Origin: Camelus dromedarius
Lineage: Eukaryota
NCBI RefSeq assembly: GCF_036321535.1
Contig: NC_087472.1
Coordinates: 95,792,001 to 95,856,000 of the forward strand
DNA: 64,000 bases
Reading direction: 5' to 3'
Position 1 is the first letter of the stretch, and each line of letters opens with the position of its first letter. This document shows, in pieces, positions 1 to 12,444 of the stretch. Both the position numbers and the translations under genes were made by a program. The notes beneath the pieces were generated by a model. That model searched no databases. It was not told the origin of the DNA and was given only the letters and a program-made list of their open reading frames with translations.

Positions 1-1369
1 TTCCACTGGCTCTGCCTCTCAGCGTGCTCCTCAACCTGAGAAGCCAGACTCAGGCAAAAGCAAGATGCGTGTCTGCGTGGAAGATGATGCAATAATCATG
101 TGTCTACAATTCCATTATGGTATAATTAATCTTAATTACACATTAAATTCTGCCTGAATTAAAAGACTCACATGGCTTGAATCTTGTTTGTGTTGCCTTT
201 AATTTTACTGTGTTATTTTGAGAAGTGAAAAATAATAAACCGTCTAAAGCAAAATGGTGACTTGGGGGAACTCTGTTCTTAGGGGCTCTGAGCAGCTCAA
301 CTGTAGCCAACCCGGCCCATTTCTCCCATCCCCGTGGACGAGGGCAGCAGTGCTCCGTGTTCCTCTCTCCCAGTTCCGGGCTCCGAGGCAGTCAGCCCGT
401 GGGAAAGGAAGTGCGGCTGACGTGGGCAGCCACGTGGCACCAGGCGCATCACCCACCCCGCTTCTTGTGTTTGTTTTTCTTCATTGTTCTAAAGGCAGGC
501 TAGAGACTTGGCGCTTGCCTCCTTTTCCGTGCACCACTATGAGAATTTCCTGGGTTCTCTTTCAATCTTCTCTCTCTTACTTCCACAGACATTTATTAAC
601 CTTTTTGGAGCTTCTCCAGGCACACCCAGCAACTCTGCAAGAGCAAAGGATCTTCTTAGAAGGCGGAAAGGTGCGCCCACGGCAGCACCTTTATTATGGG
701 ACAGATCAGACACAGCCTGTGTTATTTGTGAGGCAGTATCATGAGATCATTTTTCCATTTGTACCTATTGAGCCATGGTGCAAATGAGGACTTTCTTCTC
801 CCCGTGGAGACAGGAATTCCAATGTTCTACATCTTGCAGAGGGGAAAGAAAAATGTCTGGAATGATAAGAAAACCTCAGTCTCTAGAAACAAAAACCAAG
901 TCATGGTTTATACATTTTCACATGGCACATTTTGACCTTGAGAAGGACAAATTTTGCTTCTCTTTGGAACAAAAAAGAACATATACACTTAGAGCCATGC
1001 ACTTCAAGTGGAAGGCTACCAACAGCACCATGCTCTCCATTATATTAAGAACTCTCAGCAGAGGAACTGCAGCAAAAATGGCAAGAAATGCTGGCCAATG
1101 CCCTGTGGAAAGGAGGAAGACACCAAACACCTGCAGTGAGAAGGATGATGAAAGCTTATGGTGACTAGAAAATGGGAGGCACCTCACAGAAGCTTTAGCC
1201 CCTCCATGAAGCCCAGGAACACATCCATATCCTTCCTACACAATATGGTGAAGTGAGACATTACTCCCTGCAGGGACCCTCAAAACCCCAAAGAAATGTA
1301 TAAACTTCGTCTCTCTCTTCTTGATTTTCCAGCATTTTCCAGTGAGGCTATTAAATCCTTAAGCTCCCC

Positions 1370-1635
1370 TTTATAAAGGATGTACCATGTTCATAGACTG
1401 AAGGACTCAATATTGTAGAGATGTCAGTTTTCCCCAAGAGAGGCCAGAAACAGACTCACACATACACTGCCACCTGATTTATGAAAAAGGTGGGGGCTAC
1501 TGGAATACTGTAAATATACTTGTTCCTTGATCTGGGTCCTGGTGACATCAGAGTGTTGAGTTTGTGAAAACTTAACAAGCTGTACATTTAAGATATGTGC
1601 ACTTTTCCATTTGTATATTATTCTTCAACTGTAAG
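1370..1635 (+). mobile_element. Old L1 (L1M-type) fragments
   Basis: accatgttcatagactgaaggactcaatattgtagagatgtcagtt and ccttgatctgggt...tttgtgaaaact...gctgtacatttaagatatgtgcacttt. Confidence 0.65.
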
Positions 1636-4600
1636 TTTATTTTCAATTCCTTTCTAAGAGTTTGAATGACATTTTTCAAAGATTAAACTGTTAGTGTTCA
1701 AAGCAAAAAAATAAAAGAAAATGTTCAAAATTTGGATGAATTCAACAGTGATTTGTGTCCCAGTTCCTCTTTTAAAGAGTTTTAAATAGTTTGCCTCTTT
1801 TAAATATCCAGATACTATTTGTTTTTCTCCATTCGTGGAATATTCTGGTCTCTTTTCTGGAGCTGGCTATCTTCTCTATTCCTTTTCCTACCCATATACT
1901 TTAAGGCAAAAAAATGCTGTTGATGAACAGGTCTTTTTTATCATGCAGTTAAACCTAATGCCCCAGGATCCTCTGCTCCAGCCACTGTATCAAGCTTCTT
2001 TGTTCACAGAAAACAACTAGAACAATTACACTGAAGGAAAAATACAACTTGATAAGTGGTAAAGTCTCATTTCAAATGTCTCCTCTTTGCCTGCTGAGAA
2101 AATTCTTCCTCCCTCTTCATAGGGAGCGCACAGCTCTTCCTAAAGGCCATAGGTACCAGACTGTTACACTCTCTGTGCTGAAGTGACTTATCTCTAGCTG
2201 ACTGCTTTCACGGATAACAATTAGGTTTTGCAGGACACCTTGTAAGCGAGTAATGATCATTTATTACTCAGCTCCATTTGGAAATCTGCAATCCAAGACT
2301 CACTGAAGTCAATAAATAGTGGAAAAAAAAGGGCATTCTGGCATGAAGCCTGTTTATCTGTTATACTGGATTTGTGCTCATATCCCATTAAACTTTTTGA
2401 AGAGACTTGGAAATTTGATTGTTTTCTGTTTCTGAAATTCTACTCACCTAGGGAACCATCCCCAAACAGCCAGATACATGGCTCTACGTATCATGTGTGC
2501 CTCTGCAAAATGAGGGGCACAGACAATGGCAACACAAAGATATATTAAAAAATACATAATGTAACTTGTCTTAATATACTTTTCTGAGTCTAAAAATATG
2601 CCAGACCAAAAGAAACATATTTACATAAAAAGCAGACAAGGTCAAATAACAAAGAAAGCCCTTAATTAGTTGTAATCAACTTTAATTTGCATACCGTATA
2701 TAATTCCTAAATGATTGTTAATAATAACTTTATATAATGGACTTCCAATTTTCATGAAAATGGCACATTTTGATAAGCAGACACAAAACCCTAGTACTAA
2801 TAAGGTTTAATTTGCATACATTAGACTGATTATCCAAACAAAAGGATTACAGTATTACTTCTCCATACCTTTATGTCCTTATTATGCACATTTATTAACT
2901 TCACAAAAGCTAGCTGTTAGTGACAAACAATAGCCATGGTTGAAAGAGAAATCTAAGGAGTGAATAAGGTACATTTTAATGCTAAGCTAAGGAGCAAAGT
3001 TTATACATCATAAATGCTGAATTTAACTGTTTGTTGACTAAAGAGGCTAAAATTCCACAAAGGGTGCTTCATCCTCTGAATAAACCAGCTTATATTTGTT
3101 ACCTGAAAAAAAAAGATGCCCTAACACACTTCATCTCTCCATTTTCATAATGAATTTATCTCAAGCTAGGAAGCTTCGACACTGTAGTATGCTGGGAAAT
3201 CATGAACAGCCACAAAATTAAGCTTTAAATGTGTAGTTCTAGGGTGCCTTGTTAATAAATATATTTCAACAAGCTTAGTTTTCAGCCGAGTAAATAATAA
3301 TATAGGTGGCATTAGTATTGATATCGGTTCCTAATGGTATCATTTATACCCTGCAATTAAAGTTTAAGCACTAAATAAAGCATTATTAGGAGATCTGGGT
3401 TGGCTTTTCTTATATGTGAACACAAATGAAGCTCATGAGTGTTTGGAGAAGAGCCAGAAAACTTGAAACTTCACCACAAGCTACTTCCAGGGTTTTTCTC
3501 CAGGCTTTTGCTACTTGGCAAGATACAGAATTAAAACACCAGGAAATGCTTTCCAAAGGAGGCAAGAGGAACTAGAAACCCCAGGAAATGAAATGAATAC
3601 CACCATGGCTAACCCTGACCCTTCTGCACAAAAGACCAAAGATCTGGTAAAAATGTGTGCATCCCAATATCCACTTAGATTCTTGCCAGTGCTGTGCTGA
3701 ATATTCTATGCTTAAAATACACAAGAAGACATCTTGGCTGAAGGACAAAAGCCTTTCAGCCTTCCCGTGTTTCCTGTGAACTGATGCTCCCAGCTCAGAG
3801 CTCCAAAGCGCTACCAAGGGCTGGGTTGTTCTGACAATCCTGCACTGAACAGGACTCTCCAGCTTTCCCTCCTTCATCTCCAGAGCCCAGAAAATACCTG
3901 ATTCAAGAGATGAATTCAATGTCCACTTGTCAAACAAATAAAAAACTCTACTGGAAACGCTGGATCTGAAGATGCCCTGCCCTACTCTCCAGCCCAGATG
4001 TGGCTTCACCAATGGATGCTCCTCATCTTTATTTGGTCAAGTGTTCTAGGAGCTTCCCTCAACTGCTACAAGTAGTTGAAGTGAAACATCTTCAAATTAA
4101 AATAATACCAGAAGCATAGTAGGAAATTACCCTCGTCGAAGTGAACAAAGGTATTCCCGTGAATTTTTTCCCAGTATGAACTTAGAGCCTTTAAATCAAT
4201 TTCAAATTGGACAAGTGGCAGTCAGTAGTTTTCCACCATCTGCTGTAAGAACCACCACGCAGGACCCACAACAAAACAACCAAAAAATGCTACTGTTCTG
4301 AATAGAGCCATTATCCTGACCCAAAATTAGAGTAGTTAGAAAAACTTGCAAAATGTCACAATGAAACAAGAATTGTTTTTACCATTCAGTTAATAAACTG
4401 ACATAAAAAGGTGATAGTGCTTCTCATCACTACTATTTTGCCAACCCCAACATTATCTGAACGTGCCCAAGATGGTTCCATTGACTTCGGCGGGGTCACC
4501 TACGTACAGAACAACACAGAACTGTGGTCCTGAAAATTCAGAAATATTTAGATGGCAACTTTCCTTCCCTAAACTCAAAGGCTCAGCATGTTAATCATAG

Positions 4601-6038
4601 TGTTATGTCTTCAATTATCTCTCCCTATGTGTAGATTTTAAAATTGGGGAAACTGGCCCAGCCTGGCTCGGGCCATGTTCCTTTAGCGGGGGGCAGAGCT
4701 AGGGGAGCACGGATCCCTCCCCCCTGCCAGGCAGGTAATCTTTACACGGCTCCACCCGGCACTGAGTGGGACCCAGACCCATCACAAATGCCTAAGAGAT
4801 AGGAAACCAAGCAGGAACCTAACTTCCATTAGCATTTCCTTTGCTCACACTGAGAGCACAAACTCCCAAAGAAATAAATTCACACTCCAATTCTCTGTCT
4901 ACTTTTCCTCTGTATGTTGTAGAAGAGAACTAAAGATCTCTTTGACAATTCAGATGGGCAGCTTTTCACGTGCTATGCTGCGGATCTGAGCGCGGCAGAC
5001 TCTGCAGAGAACAAAGGCCAGCTTGCCTACTTACCTGATTACTGACAAACGGCCATCTTTAGCAGCGCCTTCTAACAGTACATCAGCTGCCACGCCATTC
5101 ACTCACATTCCAGCAAGACTTCTAACAACGGCATGAAACCCATCTCAAACGTGGGAAGATGAAAACTCACAAAATGAAAACGTACGTCAATTACTGTCCG
5201 TTAATTCCACCAACACGTCCCCAAATCACCACGGCCTACTAGGGGGCTAGCTAGAGCTAGAGCCCAGCTCTAAAGGAATCATTTGAAACATTCAAATTCT
5301 GTGCATGCCATTATAGCTCATATACTTGCACAAGAATATAAATGCATTGTACATTAGCTTCCCGGGATGTGACGCCACGGAACCTACCGTCTTTAGCGTG
5401 CTAATTCCATTATTTCATATTTTCCCTTCTTCTCAGTGAAGACTTATCCCGTCTTCTTTTCACCCCCCACCCCCACTCCACATTCTCTAAGAGGGAATAA
5501 CCCAATTACCTCATTAAGGTTAAGGACGCTAGACAGAAGCAAATCCTTCTGATGTATTTCTAACTGCCCTTTAGAAGCAAGGATGGGAGGTGAAAATGGT
5601 ACATTTTGTGCTTATTATTTTCTTTCTGTTCACTTAGCCCAGAATTCCTGTCTGTGAAACTGAGATGTCGTTATAGCATATCCGAGTGAATGAGTTTTTA
5701 GAAAAAAAAAAAAAAAGCACTTAGCATACAAGAGCTTATATCACCACATCACCTGACAAAATAGTTATATATCCAGGGATATTTTACCTATGCCTGTGGT
5801 GACCGTGAATCCCACTGCACCCAGGACAGTCTTGGGTTTCGCCTGTAGTCCCAGAGAACTATTAACAGTGCCTTTTCACACTCTCAAGTGTCCTGGTTGG
5901 GATGATAAGTTATATAGTCCATTTAAGCTATTTCTCATCAGTAAGTAGCACATGGAAGCAAGTATCAGGTAACATAATCTATGGATGTCTGTGCAGAGGG
6001 TCCTTCTCAACTTCTAAAGCACAAGTTCAACTTCATAC

Positions 6039-6595
6039 TGATAAACAATAGGACTGAAACCAAGCAGGACCCTGTGGGGCCTTCCAGGACACAAAAGCCT
6101 TTCCACATCACCTTTTCCTGTTTGTAGGAAAAAGGCCTCCAAGACCTTCCCTGAGTTCCAATCAGATTCAAACAGTTGCTAATCAGGGAAAGGAGGGAGT
6201 GCAGAAACAAAGGAAGAGCAATCAAGAAACAATAGTACCGCCTTGAGGCAGGGTCCTGGTTCCAATACAAGGAAGACACTTAACAATATACCTCTGAGTT
6301 CTGCAGGAACTAAGGCCCCACCCAGGTGGAGGATGGTGACTTCGGACTGAGCACAAGATTCCTGGAACACAGCCCCATTACCTCAGTACTAACCAATCAG
6401 AAGAAAGTCACACACCCTGCAGCCCTCACCCCAAATTTCACCTATTAAAAACTTCTCCCCGAAAATCATCGGTAAGTTCAGGGGTTTTCTGAGCACAAGC
6501 TGCCTGTCCTCCTTGCTTGGCCCTGCAGCAAAACTCTCTCTGCTCCAAACACCGAGGTTTCGGTTTGTTCAGGCACACCTGTGGCAGCACTAAAC
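6039..6595 (+). mobile_element. Solo ERV LTR (family not assigned)
   Basis: About 0.55 kb with LTR layout: CCAAT at 6393, TATA-like tattaaaa at 6443 and a degraded polyA-signal region (ccctgcagcaaaactctctctgc). Boundaries approximate. Confidence 0.65.
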
Positions 6596-7033
6596 TGATA
6601 CTTCATATCAATATTTCACATTGACACTTTAACGTTTTAAAATCATTTTCAGATACTTTAATTTTTCCTTCTTTTGGATCATACAAGACCCCTGTAGTAT
6701 GAGTACATATTACTATCCTTATTTACAGCTGAGACAAGGATCATTAATGTGCCTACGACCATCCAGTAAGGCCTCCTTATTCCTACTCTAGAAATGCTCT
6801 TTAGCAAACCAGAATAAAAACCTATGGGACGGAACTGAGATCTGACTCTTTTTGATAGATCATTCAGCTTCTCCCTCTAAGTTTTAACTCAACCTTACTT
6901 TCCTAGCAAAAGGAGGCCCTGGAAACAAACCCTACAGTTTTCTGTGGCCTGACAATGACCTTTTCACAAGAATTGACTTTCTATCTCTCTGGATCAAATC
7001 AAATTACAACCTGAGATTAAAACAAGGCTTTTT

Positions 7034-7098
7034 TAAAAAAATTTTTTTAAAGTATAGTCAGTTTATTATAATGTATCAATTTCTGGTGTATAGCACAA
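7034..7098 (-). mobile_element. Very short 5'-truncated L1 3' end with target-site duplication
   Basis: Minus strand reads tgctatacaccagaaattgatac...aactgactatact-polyA. Flanked by taaaacaag(g/a)cttttt at 7018-7033 and 7099-7114. Confidence 0.75.
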
Positions 7099-7476
7099 TA
7101 AAACAAGACTTTTTAAATACTTAAGGCAATGAAGTTTGGACAGTAGAAGGAAAGGGACTCAGGACAGTGTTTATAAGGCTTTACATGTGAATTCAGATGA
7201 GTCGTTCAAGTCTTGAAGCTCGTTCTCTAGATTAAAGAGAAATGGATCACAGCACAAACGTTTGCCACCATGAGCAATTCCTAAAACATTATGTAGCTAG
7301 TCATTTCTTTACATCCAGCCTTGAGGCATTGGGACTTAGGTCACCATGGAGCACTGAAGACTGAATGTCCTCTTGCCTTGGCTTTCAGGACACCATGCTC
7401 TCTGGGTTTGACCTCCCTGGCTACTTCATATCCTTCTCTACCACACTGCTGAATGTGTTCATTCAACAGGACTCCT

Positions 7477-7612
7477 GGGGGGAGGGTGTAGCTCAAATAG
7501 CAGAGCACATGCTTAGCATGCACGAGGTCCTGGGTTCAATCCCCAGGCCCTCCATTAAAATAATAATAATAATAACAACAACAACAGCAACAGCAACAGC
7601 AACAACAACAAT
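7477..7612 (+). mobile_element. tRNA-Ala-derived SINE (camelid Vic-1-like)
   Basis: Head ggggagggtgtagctca, B-box gggttcaatccc, A-rich microsatellite tail. TSD aacagg(a/g)ctcct at 7465-7476 and 7613-7624. Confidence 0.85.
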
Positions 7613-7669
7613 AACAGGGCTCCTCATGGCTTGGTCCTACACACTCTTCCCTTCTCATCCACCAGCAAA

Positions 7670-7960
7670 AGCTATCAACTGGCAGAGGCAAGCCACTTAA
7701 GCCACTTCTAATATATGGGTTTTATTTGGCCTGGATGAATTTTTTTAATCACACCAACATTTAAAACCACGACATTCTGTGATAAAATCTAGATTCCTGG
7801 CTTCAGCTGCAAATGCATGCAATTATCACATGGCAACATACAGCTGAAGTAGAGTATACAGTCCCCTGCTCCGACTCAAACAAAATATGCGCCTGGCCTG
7901 CATTCTCATATGTTACTTGCCTGGCCCCTACAGGCATCGGACTTTGCAATCTTGTTTCCA
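7670..7960 (+). mobile_element. hAT-Charlie MER102-like DNA transposon relic
   Basis: Motifs atctagattcctggcttc and cctggcccctacaggcatcggactttgcaa resemble the recalled MER102 consensus. Confidence 0.45.
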
Positions 7961-8129
7961 CATACCTACCGTGGCCTCAGGGACCATCTCTCTGCACACT
8001 AACAATGTCTATTTGGACATTTCCTGATGCCCAACTCCACACACTGTGTGTCCTGAGGTTCCGACCACATAATTGTCCAGACCACACACCACATGTCCCC
8101 TGCAGTCACTTTAAACATATATGTCCTTT

Positions 8130-8720
8130 GTGGTCCAAGGCCATATATCCAGCTGCCTGCCCAACATCTCCAACTGAATGATAAACACAAGGGCATCTCA
8201 TATGTAGCATCTCCAAAACTGCTCTTTCTCCCAAATCTGACCACCAGTGTGGTTTACCTTAAATGAAAAAAAAAATATTTCAAGCTAGACATCTGAGAAT
8301 CATATCAGACACCTCTAATCCTGCAACCTCTACATTCAATAATCACCACTTTCAATTCATTTAGCTCTGAAACATCTTTCTGATGCTTCTCTCTTCACGT
8401 TCTCCACCTTGGATCATACCACCATCATTTCCATCCTAAACTATGGGTCTGCCACCATGCATACTTGCACCCTTCCTATCCATTCCCCTGAGTAAAATTT
8501 TTCAGTGGCTTTTCATTATTTTGCATCCCTAATGAGGTCCTCCAAATCCTTTATGAGCTGACCCTCTAAATTCTTTCAGTACCATTTTCCCGAACATTCT
8601 CCTCTATAGCTTCACTGGCCTCCTCTCAGTTTCTTAAAGATGCAACACTCTTTCCTGCTGCAAGGCCCTCAGACAAACTCTTCTCTCTAGCTGACATTTA
8701 CCGCTCACCTTTCCCCATTT
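8130..8720 (+). mobile_element. L2 fragment
   Basis: tccagctgcctgcccaacatctcc...tccaaaactgctc and later pyrimidine-rich L2 3' region motifs. Confidence 0.6.
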
Positions 8721-8962
8721 GACCAGGTCAGTCCTTCCCAAACTGTTTCACTATCACAGCAGATAAGCATGTTTAGAAAGCGTGCGGGGGCGGGGGAGGA
8801 TAATACCATCCACAGCTAGAGATGACCATCCTTGTGTTCTGCCCCAGCCCCCAAGCTTGGCAGCCCCTGAGAATGAAAATGGACAACTTCTCAGCTGGCC
8901 CATATAACCCATGTTCAGCACGGTGCCCCAGCACACCTGCTGGAGATAGTTATGGCCCAAAT

Positions 8963-9147
8963 GAGTGGTTCTCAAAGTGTGGTTCCTGAATGGCAGCATC
9001 AGTATCGACCTGGGAATGCGTCAGAAATGCAAATCAGCTCCACCTCAAAGCTACTGAATTAGAAACTCTGGGGTGAGACCCAGCCTTCTAGGCTTTACAA
9101 GTGCTATGGGTGATTCTGATGCCCACTCACAAGCTGAAGCACCACTG
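8963..9147 (+). mobile_element. MER5A (hAT-Charlie)
   Basis: agtggttctcaaagtgtggt...agaaatgcaaat...tgattctgatgc...accactg, with the typical terminal inverted repeats. Confidence 0.85.
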
Positions 9148-9609
9148 ATCTAGGTAACACTGTGAAGAACTCCAGCTCATCATCAAGAAAGCCTTCCCTG
9201 ACCCTCACAATGGGTCAGGTACCCCTGCTGTTTATTTTCATAGCACAAGGTACTTGTCTCTCACAATACGTATCCCAAGTACTACCAATTAGTTTTTTAT
9301 GCACTCATCTATTTCATGTCTCCACAACACACTGTAATCTCCAGGAAGCTAAAAACCAATTTTGTCTTATTTACTTTGAGCCACAGCGTATGGAGAAAAA
9401 AGGGAGGGGACACTTTAACAAGAAGGAAACAGTCTTTCCTTTTGACAAGCCATCAGGGCTTTTAAAACAGTGAACCGGACATTCTCTATCTAGGCTGTTG
9501 AAAACATAAGTCTAAGATCTTATTTTGGGCTGAATGAACAGAATGTGCAGCTCAAAAGAGAGACTCACCAACAAAGGCAAGCAGCGGAGATTAGGTGGTG
9601 TGACTGCTT

Positions 9610-11155
9610 CGTGCTGGGAAAGAGGACCTTTCATCAGGCTGCCGGCGTGCTGTGGAAATATAAGGCCTTTTTGCCCATCCGACGGGCCTTGCAGGGTGGA
9701 CAGTCCAGAACCGTTCTGACCCCAGGCGGCATGTGCTCTGTGGAATTAAGAGGCTTCTGGGCCACCATCCTTCTCCTGCACTGGTTGCATAGATTCTTCC
9801 GGCCACATACAGGCCCACTCACTAGCGTGCCGGCGGTCATTTGTCCCTCTATCTTCCTGTGTGCTGGGAAACCAAGGGCTAACCGGCGGTCGGCCTACCC
9901 ATACTCTGTGGACATGAAATCAATTCTGGCCACCTTACAGGCCTGGCTTAGAGCGCAGCCAAGTGCTCTGCCTACTAACAACCTGCCCGTATGCTAGGGA
10001 AGTGACAGCTTTCTTGACCACCGTCCTTCCCTCTTGCCGGTGCCTCCAGTCCCCTTCCGGCTACCACAGAACGAACTCGAGGCCCTTCTGACTATTAACT
10101 GGGCTGAAATCCAAGTATCTGTGGATCCTTCAGGACCCCAGCCTCCGGCAGAGAAGAGAACTACAACACCTCCCTCCCTCAGGACTCGAGTGCTGTGAGA
10201 GACAAATGCCTTTCGGTGATTGGCTTTCTGGCAGCGCTCTGGTGTCCCAGAGGGCCTTCCGGTCTCCAGTCTGACTTCTCGCATGGGTTCCGCGGCTCAT
10301 TTGGGCCCCCAGCGTCTCTGCGTGCTGGGGAGCCAAAAGCCATTCCAGCAATTCTCCTGCCCTTAGCTGTGCACTGAAAGCCCTCTTGGCCACCATACCG
10401 GCCTCAAGTGCTATAGCCCCAAGGGCCCTTCGTGCCTTCAACACCAATTGCATTTTGAGGAAGAAGGAACCCTTTCGGCTACCATCCACCCCAAGTGCTG
10501 GTGTCCCCATAGCCCTTCCTGCCGGAAACCTGGCCATGCACTGGGGTTCCCCACGTCATTTCCTCCCGCAGCTCGCCCTCGTGCTAAGGGTCATCCAGCC
10601 TGTGTGATGTTTAGTGGAGAGGACCTGTGGCAGTTGTAAGGTGTCCGGCACTAGGGAACTCAGGGCCTCTCTGGCTATTAACCTGCCCATGAGCCCTGGA
10701 GTTGAGAGCCCTTTCAGCCACCATCCTTCCTATTCACTGGTAAGTGGGGGCCCTTCCACTCTCTGGCTTCGCGCTGGTGCCATGGACCCCTTCAGGTCAC
10801 CAGCCCGCCCACATGCCACAGTACCCACTTGCATGTGTGCTGGAGAACTGAAGGCCCTTCCGGCTGTGAGCCTGCCCTGTGCTGTGGAACGGAGAGCCTC
10901 CTTTTCAGCCCTGGGGGGCCCTTTCCCGCCAGTGAGCTGGTGCTCAGGGGTCCCTTACAGCCTGCAGACGTACTGGTGTCACAGGGGCGTGGGAGCCCTC
11001 GGGGCACTAGCCTGTCTGCTTGCTGTGGAATCTAGAGCCCCGTCAGCAACCATCTTTCCTCATGTTGTTTCTCCAGGGCCCTTTCTGCCATCATCAGCCC
11101 TCAAGTCAGTCTTTTGTGCTGGTGACCTGGGTGAGCCTTCAGGCCACCAGCCAGC
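9610..11155. repeat. Degenerate GC-rich tandem array, approx. 42-bp unit (gtgctg(t/g)ggaactgaaggcccttccggccaccatcctgccc-like)
   Basis: Recurring motif copies at 9647, 9733, 9861/9903, 9991, 10073, 10190, 10322/10364, 10656/10694, 10837/10879, 11021 and 11116. Three adjacent pairs are exactly 42 bp apart. Confidence 0.65.
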
Positions 11156-11289
11156 CACACAATAGGACACCAGGAGTCCTTTTAGCCCCCAGTCTGTCTA
11201 CTTTCTGCAGAACCGAGTGTAGAAGCAGCCATAGATCATATGTAGGTAAACAGGCATGGATGGATTTGGCTCACAGGTGTATTTTCCCC

Positions 11290-11725
11290 TCCAGTGCCCT
11301 ATAAGACTAGAACTCTCTAGTTTTAGCCAGGCACATAGCTGAACAGAATAAATATTACAGCTCCAAGCCACCCTTGCAGCCAAGTGTGACTAAGTGCAGC
11401 TAAGTTCTGGGCATAGAGATACAAGAAGCAGCGATGTGTATAACTCCTAAACCACGCCCCAGAGGGAAGAGACATGACCTCTCCTTCTCTCTCCCCCTTC
11501 CCATTGGCGGGAATTTTGACGAGAGCCATCTTCGGTCATGCTGATGGAGGCCACATCCTAGGGACAAAAAAGCAGCAAGAAAGGAGACTGGGACCTTGAT
11601 GACTACCTGGAGTAGAGCCACCATATCAGCTCCAACTTTTATATGAAAGAGAAATAAGCTTCCAACTTGTTTAAACCACTACTGTCACCGAGTCACATGC
11701 ACTCCAAACCATATCCTAACCAACT
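11290..11725 (+). mobile_element. MaLR MLT1 (H/I/J-like) LTR
   Basis: ttttagccaggcacatagc...cccttgcagcc...aagttctgg and 3' motif gagaaataagcttcc...tgtttaaaccact. Confidence 0.7.
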
Positions 11726-11979
11726 GGCCCAATTTCAGCAAACTTTAAGGAGTTAGTTCAATTCAGCTTCTCAATGACAAATAAAAACCAAAGACAGGGA
11801 CCCATGCACAAGAGTATAAGAAATAGTTCCTGAATCTTTTGACTTCTCTCCATCTCCTGTGCTACCATTTTCTCTTTTAGACCACTGTCCACTCACCAGC
11901 TTAGAACCTGTTTTCCAATACTCTTAAAACATAGACCAGACCCACAAACAGGATCTCCTAATTCTGTCATCTACCGCCC

Positions 11980-12350
11980 TCTCCAGCCCCCTGCACACCA
12001 CACTCACTTCACTCTCCCCACTCTAGCCACACCATCTTTCTTCCCATTGTACTTGCCATTGTCCCTCTACATGCTGTCACCTCTGCCTGGAATGCTCTTC
12101 TTCTGTACCCTCATCACTGAGTTCACCCGCCTACCTTTCAGTCCTAAGCTCAGACACCACTTCCAGACTGACCTTCTTGATTCGGCAAAGACCACATTAT
12201 GGGCTCTCCTGGCACCATAAGCCTGTTTGTCAAGGGCTTGTCACAGTTACACTTTCCCATTGGCTTTGTGATTCTTTGCTTAACTGTAAGCTGGGGAGGG
12301 GGGGTAGGGACTGAGTCTGATTTTGCCCACCATTGTAGCCTGAATCAGGG
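11980..12350 (+). mobile_element. L2 3' fragment
   Basis: ctctgcctggaatgctctt, ctcagacaccacttcc and ctgtaagct...agggactgagtctg motifs. Confidence 0.6.
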
Positions 12351-12444
12351 TTCCCTTAAAGCATGAAATGAATCATGACATAGCCCAATTGCAAAGGCAA
12401 GGTCACGTGCTTCATAATGGAATTTGGTTTTGCCCTAGACCACT

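Noticed and set aside
7477..7555. tRNA-Ala-like sequences here and at 55360, 55782, 58241 and 60922 as tRNA genes
   Set aside because: They have A-rich tails, TSDs and degraded stems, so they are SINE copies.
9610..11155. CRISPR-like interpretation of the periodic array
   Set aside because: Mammalian DNA, units are heavily diverged with no constant repeat and unique spacer layout, and there are no cas genes.
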